A stretch of DNA of 64,000 nucleotides from IMG/VR virus record IMGVR_UViG_3300028581_000012; one strand, written 5' to 3'. Below the pieces are notes generated by a model. That model searched no databases, was not told the DNA's origin, and was given only the letters and a program-made list of their open reading frames with translations. This DNA comes from a virus. This document shows positions 47,685 through 57,464 of this stretch, piece by piece. Within the stretch, counting starts at the first letter, position 1, and each line of letters begins with the position of its first letter. The translations under genes were made by a program, and so were the position numbers.

Positions 47685-47876
47685 ATGATTATTATTGAAG
47701 TTAAAAAAAACAATATTGAGCAAGCGTTAAAACAATATAAATTTAAAGTTTATAAAACAAAACAATTAGAATTTTTAAGAGATAGACAAGAGTTTGAAAA
47801 AAAATCTGTTAGAAATAGAAAACAAAAAATAAAGGCGGCTTACCTTCAAAAGAAAAGAAATCATTTATCTTCTTGA
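47685..47876 (+). CDS. rpsU: Phage-encoded ribosomal protein bS21
   Basis: I.V....IEQALK.YK.KV.....L..LR.RQEFEKKSV..R matches the bS21 signature. Confidence 0.9.
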   Translation: MIIIEVKKNNIEQALKQYKFKVYKTKQLEFLRDRQEFEKKSVRNRKQKIKAAYLQKKRNHLSS

Positions 47877-48112
47877 TTTTTATCTACCTTTTTTTTGTGG
47901 GTAAAAAAATCAACAGAAGTAAGACCTAAAGTTCCAAAGGCCAATAAACCGATAGTTTCTATTAAAATTTCAGGTGCCTCATATTTCCCACAACTGAACA
48001 AAGAAACAAATAAAGCGGCAATTAAAGAAATACTACACAAAAGACCAATAAATCTTTTTGAAGATATACCTCCGTTGGCACCTTCCATCATATTTTTAAA
48101 GAATTGAATCAT
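47861..48112 (-). CDS. Small two-TM membrane protein, holin-like
   Basis: SSKRF followed by two hydrophobic helices and a basic C-tail. Confidence 0.55.
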   Translation of the reverse strand: MIQFFKNMMEGANGGISSKRFIGLLCSISLIAALFVSLFSCGKYEAPEILIETIGLLAFGTLGLTSVDFFTHKKKVDKNQEDK

Positions 48113-48846
48113 AAACCTTCTTGAAGTTGCTTTAACTTGTAGTAGTTGTAAAAATCTACTGGTGAATTCTGTATTTTATCTACAGTTTTTTCTATTGTAT
48201 TTTTTAAATCATTTTCAGTTGATTCGTTTAACTTTACTTTCAAACTATCAACAATAGATTCTTTTAATCTTACCATTCTTAACTCTAACTCATCTTTTGA
48301 TAAAAAAACAATTTCTTTTATTTCATTTTTTTCACTTTCAGATAATGTAGAAATTTCTTCATTTAACTTTGAGTTTGCAACCTTTAACATTGTTTCTAAA
48401 GGTAAATTGATTGATTCAGAAATAGTTTTTTCTATTTTGTTTGTTGTTAAAACTTTAGATATTTGTTTTTTGGATTCTAAAATTGACTCTAAATTTTTAA
48501 TAGACTTATTATATATGACAGTATCAATTGTTTCGTATTTGTTACTTGAGTTGTTGTGTAAGTCAATTGCGTTAATCCAAGAACCAATTTTATTCAAAAC
48601 TCTTGTGTTATTTTCTACTAAAATTTGTGAATATTCAACAGATTCATTTACATAGTCATTTACCAAATCTGATGACATACCTTTGTTTTCAGTTAAATCA
48701 TCATATATGTAATACAATTCTGCAATATCCTTATTTTCTAATACAATAGTTCTAAATTGATTAGAAAAATATTTAAACTCATCTTTACCATATAAATTGA
48801 TAAAAGTTTCTTCTATTTTAGTTTTAATTTCACCAAAAGTTGCCAT
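48109..48846 (-). CDS. Hypothetical head-assembly protein
   Basis: Directly downstream of portal; late motif; hydrophobic-x-E sites. Confidence 0.6.
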   Translation of the reverse strand: MATFGEIKTKIEETFINLYGKDEFKYFSNQFRTIVLENKDIAELYYIYDDLTENKGMSSDLVNDYVNESVEYSQILVENNTRVLNKIGSWINAIDLHNNSSNKYETIDTVIYNKSIKNLESILESKKQISKVLTTNKIEKTISESINLPLETMLKVANSKLNEEISTLSESEKNEIKEIVFLSKDELELRMVRLKESIVDSLKVKLNESTENDLKNTIEKTVDKIQNSPVDFYNYYKLKQLQEGL

Positions 48847-48868
48847 AATAATTTTTTATAATAAATAC

Positions 48869-51640
48869 TTACTTATTCAATAAGTTTTTAATTTTATCAT
48901 CTATTTCATTTAGGGACATTCGTCCTTTTGATAAATCTAAAGTGTTGTCCTTATCAAAAAAAGTATTTTCTAAAATTAAATTTAAATCTTTTTTGTTAAA
49001 ACTTTCAGGAGTTACCCCTCCACCTTCAGGTGCTGGAGGAGCTTCAGGTGCAGGAGGTGCTCCTCCTCCTTCTTCAGGCGGCATTCCTCCTTCAGGTGCC
49101 GCCCCTCCGGCTTCACCACCAGCGGCTGGCACATCTTTTTTACCGTATAATGAATCAAGAGTATCAAATAATCCTGTTTTAGTTATTACCTCAGCAGTTT
49201 TACCTAACTCGGCAGATACCGCTCTTTCAATTCTTTGTTGTTGTAAATCAAGTCTAATTTCATCATCAGAAAATCCTAAAATATGTTTTTTGGCCCAAGA
49301 CGCAGATACAGGAGCAACACTATCTTGAATTGGTGCAACAGCATCTTTAAACAATGTGATTTTTTCTTTCCATAGTTCTATACCAAGAAGGTCAGATTGT
49401 TTTGACGGATTTGTAAGTCCAAGAGTAAAGTTTGTTAATTCATCTTCAAACCCTAATAAAAATAAATGAATGATTGCAATTTTGTTCATTTCTGCAATCA
49501 TAGATTTTTGAATTCGGTTGATTGTTCTTGCAAATCTAATGTCGAGAAGTGATAAGTTTTTACCATCACCAACAGCCTCTTCAAATCCTAAATACGCTTT
49601 TGGAATTCTTAATGCTGTAACTAATTTCTTTTGAATATATTCAATATCTGCAATTTCAGCCAAGTTTTGAGCTCCTGCTAATGTTGTTATTGGTTCAGGG
49701 GCTGCCATATCTCTTACAGGAATAAAGTAATCTTGGTCTACCGCCATTTGATTATATCTCATATCAACATTTCCTGTTTTTTGGTCAACAATTTGGTCTC
49801 TTTTAAATTTGTTTGCAACTCTTTGTACGTATGCATCAACATCTTTATCGTCCATATTACCAACAAAAACTTTAAATACACGTCTTTCAGGAGCTCTTGA
49901 TACACGATAAATCAACATAGCGTCTTCAGATAACAAAAGTTGTTTCCAAATACGACGTGCTTTTTCTAACATTGAAGTTCCGTATGGTAGTTTTCTGTCG
50001 TCGCCTAAAATTCTAAAGTGAGCAACTTCCCAAGTATTAAACTCCATATTTTTTTCCTTCCAAGTAAACTTCAACGCATCATTTTCAATTTCTGCAGAAT
50101 ATTTTTCAGGTTGGAATTTCATACCTTTTTCTAAACGTTCAATTTGAATGTTAGGTAATTGTTGACAACCAACAACACCTCGTTCTGGGTCCAATTTTAA
50201 ATACACAAAGTTGTCACCAAACTTACACGTATTTCTAATCCACATTGGTAAGTTTGTATTAATATCTAACTTATTGTTGAATAAGTCGGTTAAAACTGAT
50301 TTGATTCTTTTTGATTCTGAATAAATTTGAAGAATGTGTCCATCTTTATCAGGTGTTGTTGATTCTTCAGCATAAATGTCTAATGCTGCCGAAATTTCAG
50401 GAGTATTATGTGAAAAAATAGAATCTGTTGCAAAATTTTTATACCCTGGAACCGTTAAATCATAAACAGGAACAACACCATAAGGTTCAATTGATAATAT
50501 TTTGTGGTTTAGATTAATTACGTCATTTTTTGCCTTTGCGGTCGATAACGGTGATTTTTTAATACCATATGCCATCAAAAAAGTATTCCAATCTTTATAC
50601 CCATTTGATACAATTTCTCTTTGTAATTTTCGATAAGATATATTTAATTCTTTAGAGGTTCCTTTTAAAGTTTTTATTTTTCTTGCCGTTTCAATAATAT
50701 TATCCCAACCAATTTGTATATATGCAGGATTTTTGTCACCACTACGTCTTCCTCCCCAAACTAATTTACCTTTTCTTTTTGCAACTTCTGACATTTTTTT
50801 TCTATAATCAGGATTAGACCATAATTTTTCATTATTTATTTTTGCGTGATATGCTCTGTGTTCTGATATTTTCATTATTTGTAAATTTTCAGGTAAATTA
50901 TTTTTACCATCAAAATCTATATGATGAACTTCTTCATCCTTATTTATTTTTTTATCATAAAACCATTCAGCAATTAAATTATGTTCGGAAATCCATCCAT
51001 TATGACCCTCATTTGAATTACACGTATAAACCCAATTATATTTTTGATTATTAAAGAATGATTTACGATAAAACGGCATCATTGAATCCCCCAGTTTCAA
51101 GTTCATAACCCTTTCAAATGAACCATCTCTTTTCATAAACTGGTGTTCCCAAGTTGCAATAATAAAACTTTTGTCATCAAAGGTAATTTTATAAGTCATT
51201 TCATCTCTAGTGTAATGTGCATTTCTTGCAATTGCAGGTACCACTTTTTTAAGATTGTAATCGTACGCATAAGTAATAAATTCATAATCTCTACCTTTTT
51301 CCGCTAACTCTTTGATTGTTACAAAACCACTTGGAGTTGCAATTTTAGTGTCACCCGCTAAACAATATTCCATTGACTCATAATCATAATATGAAGCCAT
51401 TCTTGTTGGTTCATAATATACTGCCTGTTGATACAGGTTACTTTCAACTTTTTGCCATTGTTGACCAATGTACATTGTTTGTTGAGCCTGTAGTTTTTCT
51501 CTTTCGTAATCTTGTTTTATTGGTGTTTTTAAAAGTTCTTTTTTATCGAATTTAAAAACAGGGGACTGTTGGTCCATTGTTGAATTTGGTCCAAAAACTT
51601 TACCTAATCTTTGCCAAACTGTATATTTTTCTTCTGCCAT
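48869..51640 (-). CDS. Portal protein (T4 gp20-like) precursor containing an intein (603 aa after splicing)
   Basis: PEISAALDIYAEE, YGTSMLEKARRIWKQL.L.EDAMLIYR..RAPERRVF.V.VGN, DYFIP.R, AL.IPK. Confidence 0.95.
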   Translation of the reverse strand: MAEEKYTVWQRLGKVFGPNSTMDQQSPVFKFDKKELLKTPIKQDYEREKLQAQQTMYIGQQWQKVESNLYQQAVYYEPTRMASYYDYESMEYCLAGDTKIATPSGFVTIKELAEKGRDYEFITYAYDYNLKKVVPAIARNAHYTRDEMTYKITFDDKSFIIATWEHQFMKRDGSFERVMNLKLGDSMMPFYRKSFFNNQKYNWVYTCNSNEGHNGWISEHNLIAEWFYDKKINKDEEVHHIDFDGKNNLPENLQIMKISEHRAYHAKINNEKLWSNPDYRKKMSEVAKRKGKLVWGGRRSGDKNPAYIQIGWDNIIETARKIKTLKGTSKELNISYRKLQREIVSNGYKDWNTFLMAYGIKKSPLSTAKAKNDVINLNHKILSIEPYGVVPVYDLTVPGYKNFATDSIFSHNTPEISAALDIYAEESTTPDKDGHILQIYSESKRIKSVLTDLFNNKLDINTNLPMWIRNTCKFGDNFVYLKLDPERGVVGCQQLPNIQIERLEKGMKFQPEKYSAEIENDALKFTWKEKNMEFNTWEVAHFRILGDDRKLPYGTSMLEKARRIWKQLLLSEDAMLIYRVSRAPERRVFKVFVGNMDDKDVDAYVQRVANKFKRDQIVDQKTGNVDMRYNQMAVDQDYFIPVRDMAAPEPITTLAGAQNLAEIADIEYIQKKLVTALRIPKAYLGFEEAVGDGKNLSLLDIRFARTINRIQKSMIAEMNKIAIIHLFLLGFEDELTNFTLGLTNPSKQSDLLGIELWKEKITLFKDAVAPIQDSVAPVSASWAKKHILGFSDDEIRLDLQQQRIERAVSAELGKTAEVITKTGLFDTLDSLYGKKDVPAAGGEAGGAAPEGGMPPEEGGGAPPAPEAPPAPEGGGVTPESFNKKDLNLILENTFFDKDNTLDLSKGRMSLNEIDDKIKNLLNK
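50405..51364 (-). mobile_element. Intein (320 aa) with in-frame HNH endonuclease in the portal gene
   Basis: Starts CLAGDTKIAT, block B T.EH, HNH EH.LIAE...VHHID....NN.PENL, ends VYDLTV...NFA....FSHN with +1 Thr. Confidence 0.93.
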
Positions 51641-51673
51641 TTTATTTTTTAAAATAGTTGATTTTATAATATT

Positions 51674-53449
51674 TTAAACTCTTCTACCACCAAATAACCA
51701 AGAATAATTTTCATAATCACCTTTTGTTGGTCCCGAATACGTTCTACTATTATACATATCGGTTTGAGACGGAATTGAAGGGTTAAAATTTTGTGATGAT
51801 TCTCTAAATACATTTTTATCTGTCGTCCAAGAATCAATCATCGCTTTTGCCTGTTCTGTGGCCTTTTCAAGTTGAGCAAAAGAAGATTCCCCAACATAAA
51901 TGGCCATTGCCATTGCCATAATTAAGTCATCGTGTTGACCCTTTTGGTGGTCAGGTCGTCCATTCACATAAACAAAAGTATTAAGTTCATTAAACAACCT
52001 CTGAGACCTTACAGCAAACCCAAATCTTAAAGCTTCCTCAAACGCCTGAACAATAAGAACTCTTTTTGAGTTAAAATTAATTCCTGGTATTTTGTCATTT
52101 TGTTTTGGGTCCCACTTCCATTTATCTGCAGGATTTATTCCATCTATATATAAATTTTTATAACCTAACTCTTGTAACTTTCTTGATGTTGCAACACCCA
52201 TACCACCGGTAATATCCGTTACAATAAATGCATTATACATTGTTGCCCACTTATAGGCGATTTCAGCAACAATATCAGGTGGAACTTTTGCAATATATTC
52301 TAAAACTTGTTCTCTTTCATCAAAATCGATAATAATAAAAGTTGTAAAATCTTCACTATCACCTCTTGAAACATCCATTCCCATTATGTATCTGTGTCCT
52401 GCAACCGGTTCTTTCCATTGCCACAATACACCGCCCATAAATTTATTTTCAGGTTCTTTAATAAAATTGTCTTTTATTTTTTTCATTGTTTCAGGAGGTA
52501 TTACGTTATCCCCCGAACCTAAAAAGTTACACTCCAACTCTTGTGAAATTTTTCTTTTGTCAAACTTTAATTTTTTTGACATCGATTCAAACCAAGAAGA
52601 ATACGCTTTATACCCTTGATTTAGTTTTTCTTTTATTTCTTCAAAATCTCTATCGGATACTTTTATATTTGAATAATCTAATATTATTTCATCATCTTTA
52701 TATTCATTTCTATTTAACATATAGTGAATTATATCATCACACTTAATTAACTTAAAATCTTTAGAATATCTTGGGTCACGAAACCAAAACATTTCAGTAA
52801 TCTTAAAGTCATTCATTCCTTTGATTGCTTGTGAATAAATTGAATAATAAATTGGGTCAAATCCATTTGGTGTGGAAATTACAATTACTTTACCACCCGT
52901 AGATAAAGACGCCATACATGCAGACCAAAAGTCTTCATCAGCGTCAATATAAGCGGCCTCATCAAAAATAAGAATTGTTGGTGTATATCCACGTAAAGCA
53001 TCTTTTGATGTTGCAACGGCTTTTACTTCACAACCATTACTTAATTTAAAGTGTCTTGCCGCATTTTTTTCAGATGAAAATCCTACACCTAACCAAGAAG
53101 GCCATTGTTCAACAAAAGCCCTTACTTTATTTGCCATTTCAACAGCAGTATCCAATTTGTTTGCAATAATTAGGATTTTTTCTGGTTTTGATTTTTTAGC
53201 AAAAACCAATTTTTTAGATGCCCAAGCCGATGTAACGGTTGATACTCCAGCCTGACGATACTTTAATGCAATATTTTCTTCAGCCGTATCGTAGTCTTTT
53301 ACAAGAGTAACTTGGTCGTTAAATAATTCTAATGGAACGTATTTAGATTGTGTGTTGTCGTAAGTTTGCAAATATGTTTTAAGCGCATATGGTGTGTCAT
53401 TTACACACTTAGCATACTCTAATAATATTTGTTCTTTTGATAACGACAT
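51674..53449 (-). CDS. Terminase large subunit (T4 gp17-like)
   Basis: LKYRQAGVST, LIFDEAA, ISTPNG, QELEC.FLGS, GMDVSRG, HDDLIMA. Confidence 0.95.
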   Translation of the reverse strand: MSLSKEQILLEYAKCVNDTPYALKTYLQTYDNTQSKYVPLELFNDQVTLVKDYDTAEENIALKYRQAGVSTVTSAWASKKLVFAKKSKPEKILIIANKLDTAVEMANKVRAFVEQWPSWLGVGFSSEKNAARHFKLSNGCEVKAVATSKDALRGYTPTILIFDEAAYIDADEDFWSACMASLSTGGKVIVISTPNGFDPIYYSIYSQAIKGMNDFKITEMFWFRDPRYSKDFKLIKCDDIIHYMLNRNEYKDDEIILDYSNIKVSDRDFEEIKEKLNQGYKAYSSWFESMSKKLKFDKRKISQELECNFLGSGDNVIPPETMKKIKDNFIKEPENKFMGGVLWQWKEPVAGHRYIMGMDVSRGDSEDFTTFIIIDFDEREQVLEYIAKVPPDIVAEIAYKWATMYNAFIVTDITGGMGVATSRKLQELGYKNLYIDGINPADKWKWDPKQNDKIPGINFNSKRVLIVQAFEEALRFGFAVRSQRLFNELNTFVYVNGRPDHQKGQHDDLIMAMAMAIYVGESSFAQLEKATEQAKAMIDSWTTDKNVFRESSQNFNPSIPSQTDMYNSRTYSGPTKGDYENYSWLFGGRRV

Positions 53450-53455
53450 TCATTT

Positions 53456-54265
53456 TTAAATTCTATTTCTATAGTTTCTTAAAAGTTCTTTTTTTGTAAA
53501 GTGTGGAGGAATATGTTTTTGAATAATGTTTAAAATACTTTCTTCCAAATTACCTACTTCATCTTCACAAGTATCATATACTACTTTATCTTCGTTTTCT
53601 GTCATATCATCTGTAACATACATTCCATAGTTACCATCAACAACATAATGACAATTACCTGTTTCTTCATATTTGGCATCGGCATCCATCACCATACTTT
53701 CAAATTCTCTTTTTTGTTTTTTGAAAAAAATGTCTCCAAACCCTTCTTTTAGTTCATCATCGGATGTGCTTGCAAAATCTTTGATTTGTTTTTTTGTCAT
53801 AGACTTAACAACATCTTTAACTTTACCTCTATAACTTTTTGGTATATCGGACATTTTTTTATAACCTTTTTCAACTGAATAAGCAGCACCCATTAAACCT
53901 CTTTGTTTTTTTGATACGGCCTTTTCATACATTTCAGACTCTGTTGGCATTCCGTCACCATAACTATCTTGACCATCATCAGTTCCTGGTCCAACTTGTT
54001 TAGGGCTTTGTGTTCTTTTTCCCATTTCGAAGTCCATAGGGTCTTCCATATCTTCTTCAAGTTCTTCTTCATATGTAACAAACGCTTTTCCTGATGCCTT
54101 AGCTTTATTTTCATCATCAGAGCCTTTTTTCACATTTAATACTCCAGCCTGTTCCATAATCTTACCATATAGTAAGTTTAATTGTCCGTTTGATAACTTT
54201 TCTAAAGTTCCCATTGAAAACCCTTCGTGGAGTAATCTTTGAAGTTTATAATTCATATGTTTCAT
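53456..54265 (-). CDS. Hypothetical acidic protein with DUF3008-like basic module
   Basis: KAVSKKQRGLMG......KG...SM.KK..KDFAST. Confidence 0.55.
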   Translation of the reverse strand: MKHMNYKLQRLLHEGFSMGTLEKLSNGQLNLLYGKIMEQAGVLNVKKGSDDENKAKASGKAFVTYEEELEEDMEDPMDFEMGKRTQSPKQVGPGTDDGQDSYGDGMPTESEMYEKAVSKKQRGLMGAAYSVEKGYKKMSDIPKSYRGKVKDVVKSMTKKQIKDFASTSDDELKEGFGDIFFKKQKREFESMVMDADAKYEETGNCHYVVDGNYGMYVTDDMTENEDKVVYDTCEDEVGNLEESILNIIQKHIPPHFTKKELLRNYRNRI

Positions 54266-54665
54266 TTGATACTAAATTTTTTTCCCAATTTAATACGACA
54301 TCTCTTTCGTATAATTTATTTTCAACATTTTCAATACTTTCTCCAAATTGAAAAACTAATCGTTTCTTTTTGAAAACAGTTATTTCGTCTGAGTCTGATT
54401 TTTCCCACCCCAAAGAAATAACCCCATCAACCGCATCATACACACAAAAAAAGTCTGAATTTTGAACCAAATCCAATTGTATATCTGAATTTTTTAAAAT
54501 CCCAACTTTTTTTATAAAGTCAATTTTAGGAGGTGATGGTCTACCGGCAGCCGGCTCAACATCCCAATCTTCACCATACGCATCGTCAACATCAGAAAAA
54601 ATAAATTCATAAATGTTATCACCTCTAAAGTTTGGTCCTAATTCATTTATATAAATTAAATTCAT
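54246..54665 (-). CDS. Hypothetical protein
   Basis: ORF track; operon with terminase. Confidence 0.7.
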   Translation of the reverse strand: MNLIYINELGPNFRGDNIYEFIFSDVDDAYGEDWDVEPAAGRPSPPKIDFIKKVGILKNSDIQLDLVQNSDFFCVYDAVDGVISLGWEKSDSDEITVFKKKRLVFQFGESIENVENKLYERDVVLNWEKNLVSNETYEL

Positions 54666-55990
54666 ATAACGTTTCCTTTTCTATCGATTTTAATTTGTTG
54701 ACCTCTACGATTAAAAATTAAATTACTTAAATTAGTTTTACCAACAAACTGAGCCCCTTCATTTAAAAGTCTGTTTGCAGTTTCCAATTGGTATCTTGTT
54801 TCAGTTAATTCTTCTAATTCTTTTTTAGCCTTTAATTTTGTAAGTTTACTTTTGATATAATCTTTTTGTCTTTTTTCTTCCAAAATTGGTAACTCATCTT
54901 CAGTAACTCTAAAATATCCTTTCAAAACATTTTCAACTCTTGATTCACCAAATATATTTTCTTTTGGTTCTTGCGGCATTTCACCACCCATTGGTGGCAT
55001 TTCATCTCCCATTGGTGGCATTTCACCCCCCATCGGTGGTTCTTCACCAAATTCAATATCTTCATCACCACCAAAGTCTAAACTTTCAGGACCTTCATCA
55101 CCGTACATATCAACTTCTTCAAATTTTGATAAAATATCTTCTTTATCATCTTCATCCAATTTTTCTAAATCTAATGCTGATAATACCATATTGATAACAT
55201 ATTTAATGTCTTGGGAATCCAATCCATCCTCATCTTGGTTGTTATATGCTCTTAATTTTTGTGATAATTTACCCGTTAATCTTTGAATTGTTTTAAAAGA
55301 CCCTCCTTCTTCACCTTCACCACCCATATTAGGCATTCCACCCATTGGTTCTTCTTCACCTCCCATAGGTGGCATTCCACCCATTGTCTCTTCTTCACCT
55401 CCCATAGGTGGCATTCCACCTTCCATACCTGTAGGTTCTTCACCCATCGGTGGCATTTCGCCACCCATTTCAGGACCACCTTCCGCTGGTGGCATTTCTC
55501 CTTCCATACCTGTAGGTTCAGGAGCAGGAGGGGCTGACGCTTCAGGTGCAGGTGGAGCTGGCGCTGCAGGTTCTTCGGGTGCGGGTTCAGCCGCCGGTTT
55601 AGGAGATTTTAATACGAATTTTTTTTTTGGGGCGGTTTGCTCGCCAATTAAAGGAATTTCTTCTTCGTTTTCGTAAATGCGATTCATTTCTTTAGCGTGA
55701 AGATTTAATTTCTTCATTGCTTGTGAATAAGAATCAAAATATTTTCTTTGTCTTATTGGGTCAGAATAGTCAAGTAACGACTCATTAATTCCTTTTTTAA
55801 TAATATACCCCAATTTTTCTTTTACAATACCATAAGTATAACCATCGGCTAATGTAATAGTATAGTTTAAAGTTTCATTTTCGTTAATGTATTCTTTTGG
55901 TTTTTCATTATAATGCGCAATTTCTAAGATACGTCTAATTTTGTCCATACCTTGTAATTTTTCACTTCCAAGTGCTTTTAAATCTGCCAT
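54662..55990 (-). CDS. Acidic Pro/Met/Gly/Glu-rich protein (probable prohead core/internal protein)
   Basis: GG(E)MPPMG repeats, late motif upstream, hydrophobic-x-E sites. Confidence 0.65.
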   Translation of the reverse strand: MADLKALGSEKLQGMDKIRRILEIAHYNEKPKEYINENETLNYTITLADGYTYGIVKEKLGYIIKKGINESLLDYSDPIRQRKYFDSYSQAMKKLNLHAKEMNRIYENEEEIPLIGEQTAPKKKFVLKSPKPAAEPAPEEPAAPAPPAPEASAPPAPEPTGMEGEMPPAEGGPEMGGEMPPMGEEPTGMEGGMPPMGGEEETMGGMPPMGGEEEPMGGMPNMGGEGEEGGSFKTIQRLTGKLSQKLRAYNNQDEDGLDSQDIKYVINMVLSALDLEKLDEDDKEDILSKFEEVDMYGDEGPESLDFGGDEDIEFGEEPPMGGEMPPMGDEMPPMGGEMPQEPKENIFGESRVENVLKGYFRVTEDELPILEEKRQKDYIKSKLTKLKAKKELEELTETRYQLETANRLLNEGAQFVGKTNLSNLIFNRRGQQIKIDRKGNVI

Positions 55991-56083
55991 TTGTGTTTTT
56001 CTTAATAAGTTATTTTTGTATAAATATCCAAAAGGATAGTTTACCTCATTAATAAATATATTGTTAATATATAAATTGATAAA

Positions 56084-56842
56084 TTATTCTATATTTAAAT
56101 GTTCTAAAGAAAGTTTTTTGTCTGTAATTTTGTTTTTAAAGTCTTCTAATTTTTTAATATACCCCGACCTTCTTAAGAATTTGAACACCAAATTTTCATA
56201 TGAAAACTCACCTTCTTTTGATAAACCACATGTTCTATATTTTCTTAATTTCTCTTTGTATTTTTTAACCAAATTAATTGCCTCATCCAAATCTTCATCT
56301 TTTGCGTTTTCTAAAACACCATCAATAATATCCATCCATTGTTGAGCCTTTTGTTTAATCTTATTTTCGTCTATTTCAAATTTTTCTTTTTCAGGTACTC
56401 TAATCCACTTGTCAGATACCAAAGAATACGACCCCATACTCTTTTCTTTTTCATTTGAATCTTGAATAAAAACTTCAACCTCATACCCTTTGATTCTTAT
56501 GTCGTGAGATGCGTTAAATAAAGTTTTTTTAAGTCTGAATAACTCTTCATATAATTCTTTATTTTCACCGGCTTCATTAAAGTCATATAATAGATGAACA
56601 TCAAAGTCAGAAAACTCTGACCAATTGTAACCTGTTAGTGAGCCAATTAAAATTATATCTTGGATGAAAATATCTTGGTCGATTGTTTTTAAAAAAACAT
56701 CAGCAACTTGCAAAAGTTTTTTTCTTATTTCTGGTTTTAATTTGTAAGTTTGAACTTCATCTTTTTTATTTTTATCCCAAACATCTGAATTCAAATCATT
56801 TTGCAGATAAAAACTATCAATAATCTTATTATAACCTTTCAT
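56084..56842 (-). CDS. Pol-beta-superfamily nucleotidyltransferase
   Basis: GS...YNW...SDFD.H and third acidic residue in YEVEVF. Confidence 0.8.
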   Translation of the reverse strand: MKGYNKIIDSFYLQNDLNSDVWDKNKKDEVQTYKLKPEIRKKLLQVADVFLKTIDQDIFIQDIILIGSLTGYNWSEFSDFDVHLLYDFNEAGENKELYEELFRLKKTLFNASHDIRIKGYEVEVFIQDSNEKEKSMGSYSLVSDKWIRVPEKEKFEIDENKIKQKAQQWMDIIDGVLENAKDEDLDEAINLVKKYKEKLRKYRTCGLSKEGEFSYENLVFKFLRRSGYIKKLEDFKNKITDKKLSLEHLNIE

Positions 56843-56863
56843 ACCAATAAATAGTTTGGTATT

Positions 56864-57106
56864 TTATATTTTTTTGTATTTGAATTTTCTTGCGATATTT
56901 TGATTAAAATATTTTCCTTGTGATTCTGCAAGTCTAAATTGGGCATATATTGAATGTGGTACTTCCTCATACTCATAAATCATTTCATTATTGAAAGTTA
57001 CTTTAAGTGTTTTATCTTCTGAGTTATATTCACTTCTTTTTAAATTTGATGAGTTTATTTCACAAGTTATTTTGGTTCCGTCAATATCTGTTCTAGTAAT
57101 CGGCAT
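56864..57106 (-). CDS. KTSC-domain protein
   Basis: SSNL....Y......L.V.F.N...YEY..VP......F..A.S.GKYFN..I. Confidence 0.9.
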   Translation of the reverse strand: MPITRTDIDGTKITCEINSSNLKRSEYNSEDKTLKVTFNNEMIYEYEEVPHSIYAQFRLAESQGKYFNQNIARKFKYKKI

Positions 57107-57401
57107 CTTTTTTTCTCAAAGGGGTTATGTCATCTATGTGACTAAGTTTTTTTATAATATAATGGCTAACTTCTTGTCCGTCAACATCAAAGCCATAATC
57201 TCTTATTGTTCGGTCTGTTTCTCGAACCAATTGTTGGAATTTTGAATGTAAAACCATCAAGTCATTTGGATAATATGGAGGTCTTTCAACATCTTTTTGT
57301 GTCCAACCTTCTCTTTGAAAGATTTCTCTAATTTTGAAATACATATCTTCTAACTCTCTTGTTAATTCTAAAGTTTCCGCGAATTTTTTCCAACTTTCCA
57401 T
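57093..57401 (-). CDS. Hypothetical protein
   Basis: ORF track; late motif 3 nt upstream. Confidence 0.65.
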   Translation of the reverse strand: MESWKKFAETLELTRELEDMYFKIREIFQREGWTQKDVERPPYYPNDLMVLHSKFQQLVRETDRTIRDYGFDVDGQEVSHYIIKKLSHIDDITPLRKKDADY

Positions 57402-57416
57402 AACTATAAATATACG

Positions 57417-57445
57417 AAAAAAAAATCCACCGATGAGGTGGATTT
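57417..57445 (-). terminator. Intrinsic terminator
   Basis: AAATCCACC-N5-GGTGGATTT with A-run on plus strand; same stem as at 16594. Confidence 0.8.
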
Positions 57446-57464
57446 AATAATTTATAATTTTGTT

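Noticed and set aside
48942-55537. Short antisense or alternate-frame ORFs over Pro/Gly-rich tracts (for example 48942-49328, 54940-55194, 55276-55479, 55283-55537)
   Set aside because: Explained by locally GC-rich low-complexity coding sequence on the real gene.
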